A DNA stretch of 64,000 bases from an uncultured Gemmatimonadales bacterium (GTDB lineage Bacteria > Gemmatimonadota > Gemmatimonadetes > Gemmatimonadales > GWC2-71-9), in NCBI GenBank assembly GCA_963828735.1, contig CAWHFW010000005.1:2048001-2112000 (forward strand), given 5' to 3'. Both the position numbers and the translations under genes were made by a program. Of the stretch, positions 59,377 through 64,000 are shown piece after piece. Each line of letters begins with the position of its first letter. Position 1 is the first letter of the stretch. Below the pieces are notes generated by a model. That model worked only from the letters and a program-made list of their open reading frames with translations. It made no database searches and had not been told where the DNA came from.

Positions 59377-60402
59377 ATGTCCGCCTCTATCGCTCAGGTC
59401 GACGCCTTGCGACGCCTCGCCCGCGTCTACCGCCGCATCCTCGTTCTCGCTGTGCCGGCCGCCCTCGCCGGCTGCCAGGGCGCCGCCGACTCGCTCGCCC
59501 CCGATGCGACCGCCGCCGGCGACCACTCGCTCGCGACCGCCGAGTCCGCCGCTGCCGAGGCCGTGCCCTCGTCCGGTACGATCGCCGCCCTCGCCACCGA
59601 CCGGATCGTGTTCTCGTCGCTCACCGCCACTGGCTCCGACATCTGGACCATGAGCCCGGCCGGCAGCAGCGCCGCACGTCTCACCTCGTACTCCGGCACC
59701 GAGAGAGGGCCGCGCTGGTCCTGGGATCGCAAGCAGATCGCCTTCGTGCGCCAGCGCAACGGCCTGGCCGACATCTTCGTCATGAACGCCGACGGGACCA
59801 ACAAGCACTGGGCGCGCCCCGCCGCATATTCGAGCACGATCGACATGCCGTCCTGGTCGCCCGACGGCAGCCATCTGCTGGTGCGCGTCGACGTCCAGGG
59901 ACGGCTCCTCGTGGCCAAGCTCGACCTCATGACCGGCAACCTGTCGCTGTTGGCGCCCGCGGGCGCCCTGGGCGTCGACGGCTACTACCCGGTCTACGAT
60001 CCGACGGGGAAGTCGATCTTCTACGTGGACAACACCCTGAAGGTCATCAAGCGGTTCACCCCGGGCGGCGCGGTGACGACCGTCCTGTCACCCGGCATTT
60101 GGGTTGCTGACCTCGCGCCATCGCCCGATGGCAGCAAGCTCGCTTACGATGGAGGAGCGACCGGCCAGAGCAACGAGATCTTCGTGCTGAACCTCGCGAC
60201 CAAGGTGGTCAAGCGCCTGACCAACAACAGCGTCCCCGACTATACGCCGTCCTGGTCGCCTGACGGCACCAAGTTCGCCTTTGCCAGCCTCCGGTCGGGG
60301 GGCAAGCTGCAGGTGTACACCATGAACAGCTCGACCGGGGGCGGCGTCACCAAGATTACCAGCAAGACCTACGGCGCCTACGCGCCGGCCTGGACTCGAT
60401 AG
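59377..60402 (+). CDS. TolB-like PD40 beta-propeller lipoprotein (paralog of 20762..21784)
   Basis: AGGAG RBS; lipobox ALAGC; shared VMNADGTNKHWA, PSWSPDG, TMNSSTGG. Confidence 0.85.
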   Translation: MSASIAQVDALRRLARVYRRILVLAVPAALAGCQGAADSLAPDATAAGDHSLATAESAAAEAVPSSGTIAALATDRIVFSSLTATGSDIWTMSPAGSSAARLTSYSGTERGPRWSWDRKQIAFVRQRNGLADIFVMNADGTNKHWARPAAYSSTIDMPSWSPDGSHLLVRVDVQGRLLVAKLDLMTGNLSLLAPAGALGVDGYYPVYDPTGKSIFYVDNTLKVIKRFTPGGAVTTVLSPGIWVADLAPSPDGSKLAYDGGATGQSNEIFVLNLATKVVKRLTNNSVPDYTPSWSPDGTKFAFASLRSGGKLQVYTMNSSTGGGVTKITSKTYGAYAPAWTR

Positions 60403-60454
60403 GGTCTTCTTTCAGTCATCGCCGCGCGTCGGAGCAGTCGCGCGCAAACCGAAC

Positions 60455-60485
60455 CGCCGCCAGGAGTAACAATCTCCTGGCGGCG
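60455..60485. terminator. Hairpin between convergent genes (putative terminator)
   Basis: 12-bp stem CGCCGCCAGGAG/CTCCTGGCGGCG with 7-nt loop; no strong U-tract. Confidence 0.5.
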
Positions 60486-60509
60486 TTCAGCCGATTCGTC
60501 CTTCCAGAG

Positions 60510-61445
60510 CTAAGGGATCGGGAGCCGGTAGGTCTCGCCGGAGCGGGTGACCCGAAACCGGGGCCCGTGGAGTCTCGTGTGGGGTGGTGCGGCGATCGAG
60601 TCGGAAGGCGCCCGCTTTCCGGCGACGGCCGCGCTCCTCGCGCTGCCCGGCGTCGGCCACGGATCCGCCGCGCCCACGTTCACCGTGTACCCCAGGTCCG
60701 CCATCGATTCGATCGTGACCGCGCTGAGCGGGTTGGCGCCGAGGTCCAGGAACCCCGTCATCAGCTCGTTCGTCATCGCCGATTCCCGCCAATGGCTCAG
60801 CGCTGTGCCCTCGCCGCCGCCGGCCTCGACCGGCACGACCTTGTCGGTGAAGCTCGGCAGCGCCTTGCGGAACGCCGCCTGCGCGTCCGGCCCGCTGAAC
60901 CAGGGGTCCTTGGTCGTCGAGTCGCGGACCAGGTTGTCGAGATCCCACACGGTCCCGAAGCCCAGCAGATGGGCCATCTCGTGCTTGATGACGTCGTCCA
61001 GCATGCCGGTGCTGTCCAGCGAAGCGAGCGTGGTGCTGTTGAGCGACATGACGCCGAGCACCGGGATGTTCCCCGGGTCGCGCACGAGGCACGGGCCGGA
61101 CTCGCCAAGCGTCTGCTCGCCGGGCACCGTGTCCGTGATCCGCTCCACGTGCACCAGAACCAGAAGGTCCTTTACCGTCTCGTTGATCGCTGGCTGAGAC
61201 GAATCGCAGGCGCCGGCCGCCAACTGGACGGCGACCGAGCCGACCGAATCCACGATCACGCCCTGCCACCTGGCGGTCGCCTGACTGAACGCGCTGACGA
61301 CGTCCGGCGAGGGGGGTGTGCGATCGACGTAGCGAACGGTGATGGTGAACGAAGGGCTCGCCAGGTTCGCGCCGGAGGGCCCGGTCGAATCGCTGCAGGC
61401 AGCGAGCAGCGCGATCAGCGCTGCCTCCACGCGTCGGCGCTTCAT
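60510..61445 (-). CDS. Leishmanolysin-like zinc metallopeptidase lipoprotein
   Basis: Lipobox LAAC; HEMAHLLGFG, SHWRE, ELMTG. Confidence 0.85.
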   Translation of the reverse strand: MKRRRVEAALIALLAACSDSTGPSGANLASPSFTITVRYVDRTPPSPDVVSAFSQATARWQGVIVDSVGSVAVQLAAGACDSSQPAINETVKDLLVLVHVERITDTVPGEQTLGESGPCLVRDPGNIPVLGVMSLNSTTLASLDSTGMLDDVIKHEMAHLLGFGTVWDLDNLVRDSTTKDPWFSGPDAQAAFRKALPSFTDKVVPVEAGGGEGTALSHWRESAMTNELMTGFLDLGANPLSAVTIESMADLGYTVNVGAADPWPTPGSARSAAVAGKRAPSDSIAAPPHTRLHGPRFRVTRSGETYRLPIP

Positions 61446-61729
61446 CGTGCGCCGGCCCCCGCGGATGTGTCGGGAACAGCCGGGCAGCCTTGCCGGCCGG
61501 TATCCGTTCCGGCTGCGGGTACCGGGGGCAGGGTTTCGACGCGGCCGCTGCTGTCCACCCGGAAGCGCGGACCACGCGAGACATCATGGCCCAGGTCGAA
61601 GCCGCTGTCCTGCGGCGCGCAGCCCGAGTCACCGACGAGTGCGGCCGCCGGCGCAGGGGCAGGGCGGTGCCCGCACGCGACCACCATCATCAGGCTGCAA
61701 AGACTGGCGAGCAGTGCCTGCGTGGACAT
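61442..61729 (-). CDS. Small hypothetical lipoprotein
   Basis: Lipobox-like VVAC; ATGA overlap with the peptidase start. Confidence 0.5.
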   Translation of the reverse strand: MSTQALLASLCSLMMVVACGHRPAPAPAAALVGDSGCAPQDSGFDLGHDVSRGPRFRVDSSGRVETLPPVPAAGTDTGRQGCPAVPDTSAGAGAR

Positions 61730-61801
61730 GAACGATCCCCGAAAGAGCCCTATCTCTTTCGGGGATTCGCCTCACCGGCCGGTGGTCGCACCCAGCCCCG
61801 G

Positions 61802-62365
61802 TCATCTCGCGCGGTCGATCGCCGCGCCCAGCTCCTTGTATGCCGAAGGATCGATCTCCCGGAACGGAGTCGCGCGGTAGGCGATCCTCCCATCCGGTCC
61901 CACCACGAACAGATTGCGATTGGTGAGCCCCGGCTCGCTGGCCAGCGCGCCGTATCGCCTGCCCACGGCCGTCGCGCTGTCGCTCGCGAACAGGAAGGGG
62001 AACTCCGAGTCCCGCGCCCACGAGGCCAGGGCGGTGTCGGGGTCGGCGCTGATGGCGATGAGCACCACGCCACGGCCGTCCTTGAAGAGCGTCGCGTACT
62101 GATCACGGTACGCGTTCATTTGCACCGTTCAGCCGCTGGTGCGGGCCTTGAAGAAGAACGCCAGGACCACCGTCTTCCCCTTGAAGTCGGAGAGACGGAC
62201 CGGCTTGGCGAGAAGGCCGTAGCGCGTGGCGCCCGGCAGGGTGAAGTCGGGCGCGACAGCGCCCACCTCGAGGGGAGGCGTGGTGCCCGCCGGCGCCGGC
62301 GACTGCTGGGCCAGGAGCACCGCGGGGGTGACGGCGAGCGTCAGAGCGAGGGACAGTGATCGCAT
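61802..62365 (-). CDS. Exported peroxiredoxin (AhpC/TSA, BCP-like) with in-frame UGA, probable selenoprotein
   Basis: Signal peptide; VGAVAPDFTL, LSDFKGKTVVLAFFFKARTSG-TGA(62129-62131)-TVQM; frame continues ISAD, FPFLFASD, RNLFVVGPDGRIAY. Confidence 0.85.
62093..62114 (-). promoter_or_regulatory. Candidate bacterial SECIS hairpin
   Basis: mRNA CGCGUAC-CGUGAUCA-GUACGCG, stem starting 14 nt after the UGA. Confidence 0.55.
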
Positions 62366-62442
62366 GTGCGCTCCGTTGCTGGGTTCGGTTGAGGAGTTCG
62401 ACGCAATATACTCGGGCTGACACTGCACCCCTCCCCGCTTGC

Positions 62443-62976
62443 CTAGCTCTTCTCCCGCTTGGCACACGCCGCCACAAACTCCGCCCTGTGCCGTTCGAGC
62501 CCGCCGATGGGGAACTCCGCGGTCGTCTTGTAGGATCCGGCCCCGTCGGCATAGCTCACGATCGCGCGGCGGTGCCTCGTCAGCCACGCCAACAGGCTGT
62601 CCTGCGAGATCGTCAGCAGCACTTTTCCTCCCGTGCTGGTCGTCCCGGCAAACCCCTTGATCTTGCGGGGAGGGGCGCTGTCCACGCTCAACCGTACTAC
62701 GGTACTCCCCTGCCGCAGCGCCTGATCGGTCATGATGGCGACGGTCGTGTTGTCCCCGAAGCAATCGAAGCTGAGGACCACGTCGTGTGTCGGTGCCTCT
62801 CCTTCCGGTCCCTCCTTGCCGTTGGTCCGAAGCGACGCCGTCGTCCGAATGCCGGGTTCGGTGCTGGCCCGCACAGTGTCCACCCGGATCGTCCAGTCGC
62901 CGCCCGTGTCCCGGCCGCCGCAGGCAGCGAGGAGCAGTCCGGACAGCGCGAGAGCGGAAAGGACGCGACCAGTCAT
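62443..62976 (-). CDS. Hypothetical lipoprotein
   Basis: Lipobox LAAC; coherent protein-like sequence. Confidence 0.7.
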   Translation of the reverse strand: MTGRVLSALALSGLLLAACGGRDTGGDWTIRVDTVRASTEPGIRTTASLRTNGKEGPEGEAPTHDVVLSFDCFGDNTTVAIMTDQALRQGSTVVRLSVDSAPPRKIKGFAGTTSTGGKVLLTISQDSLLAWLTRHRRAIVSYADGAGSYKTTAEFPIGGLERHRAEFVAACAKREKS

Positions 62977-63057
62977 GGTACGAACTATGATAACCGACGG
63001 TCCGGTCACCTGCCGCATGCTGGAGGTACCGTGGCCACCCTCCTTGGGGTGAAGTCG

Positions 63058-63095
63058 CCCGCCACCTGGTACCCAACCCGCCACCTGGTACCCAA
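63058..63095. repeat. 19-bp direct repeat x2 in divergent intergenic region
   Basis: CCCGCCACCTGGTACCCAA twice. Confidence 0.75.
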
Positions 63096-63266
63096 ATGGA
63101 TCTCCCCAAATCGCAATCGGTACCGGAACCCGTTACACAGGGCAGGGAAGGAGCTCGGCTCCCAGGTCTCCACTGAGGGAATTTCCCGCGAGACGGGGCG
63201 TTGCTCGATAGGCCACGCCACGCTCGGTGGCGTCGCCATTCGCGCACACGCAGGCCGGGAGATCTC

Positions 63267-64000
63267 GTGCCCCACGGTACGGCGACCAGCCAACCCGCAA
63301 CTCCGCGGCGGACACCGTTCCGCCGCTGGGGCCTGGTTGCGGCACTCATGCTCCCCACCCCCAGCCGTGCCGCCCTGGCCCAGAAGGCCGCGCCCGTCGA
63401 CCGGGTTCCCCTGGTCAATGGGCTGCTCCTGGGCTCGGTCCTGCACAGCCCGATCGGCGAGCGCGAGGACCTCCTCGAGATCAGCATCACCGACACCACC
63501 GGTGTCCACTACGCCTGGCATGAGCGCACCATCACCACCGACGGCGACACCACCACCGGCTTCCGCCGCCGCTTCGTCAGCGCGAACGACCTGACCGGCG
63601 CACCCCGGTTCGACGACATCTTCGGCAAGGACGAGCAGGTGCGCCCGGGCTTTACCGCGGTTTCGCTGTCGTCCGCCGTGTACCGGCAGCTGCGCGACTC
63701 CGGCAGCGCCCGGTTCAGCATGACCGTCTACCGCCAACCTCCCGACCCGAAGGCCGCGGGCTCACCGTCACTCGACGACTTCCTCGGGCCGCAGCGAGCG
63801 CGATTCAAGGGAACGCTGACGAGAGTTTCGACCCGGCCCGAGGGGTTTCCGCTCCTCCTCAACGGCAGCCGGGCGACGGTGCCGGCCCTGCGCGTGAAGG
63901 GAAGCTTCGCTGACGGCCTGCGGCGCTCGGAATGGGACCTCTGGGTCCAGGCCGACAGCGCGCACCCGCTGCTCCTCAAGTCGGTGCTCGAGGAGAAGGT
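63267..64000 (+). CDS. Hypothetical secreted protein (3'-partial; absent from the ORF track)
   Basis: GGAG RBS and GTG; signal peptide ending AALAQ; open to the window end (RVPLVNGLLLGSV...HPLLLKSVLEEK). Confidence 0.7.
   Translation, partial: MPHGTATSQPATPRRTPFRRWGLVAALMLPTPSRAALAQKAAPVDRVPLVNGLLLGSVLHSPIGEREDLLEISITDTTGVHYAWHERTITTDGDTTTGFRRRFVSANDLTGAPRFDDIFGKDEQVRPGFTAVSLSSAVYRQLRDSGSARFSMTVYRQPPDPKAAGSPSLDDFLGPQRARFKGTLTRVSTRPEGFPLLLNGSRATVPALRVKGSFADGLRRSEWDLWVQADSAHPLLLKSVLEEK

Overview
High-GC bacterial DNA. The gene repertoire (Ser/Thr kinase-TolB-TPR protein, duplicated orphan ABC permease, paralogous PD40 lipoproteins) is typical of Gemmatimonadota; that assignment is inference. 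The core is an aromatic amino-acid catabolic region. It has a split phenylacetyl-CoA (paa) cluster (paaJ-Y-Z-aminotransferase-truncated paaK; paaG-H-I plus 2-oxoacid dehydrogenase E1/E2; paaABCD). It also has a tryptophan/anthranilate cluster (aryl-CoA ligase, creatininase-family hydrolase, SDR/RidA, hydratase, acyl-CoA dehydrogenase, OYE, abmA-like monooxygenase/reductase, kynA, kynU). Lipid-remodelling genes lie to the left and a mosaic of accessory genes and fragments to the right. Main observations: (1) a GxxExxY (PD-(D/E)xK-like) gene bracketed by ~30-bp inverted repeats, with two more 'empty' pairs of the same repeat elsewhere, a candidate nuclease/REPIN-like mobile system; (2) an exported peroxiredoxin with an in-frame UGA at the catalytic Cys position and a SECIS-like hairpin; (3) a possible PaaK-independent Phe to phenylacetyl-CoA route; (4) a creatininase-family candidate for the missing KynB; (5) a second GC-rich palindromic repeat family that enters gene 5' ends in frame; (6) 86-87 bp displaced copies of upstream gene segments next to inserted genes; (7) a conserved 11-bp-periodic promoter motif before two TolB-like paralogs. 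Four single-base +1 frameshifts may be sequencing errors. No rRNA, tRNA or CRISPR array was seen. Products come from motif recognition only; no database searches were run.
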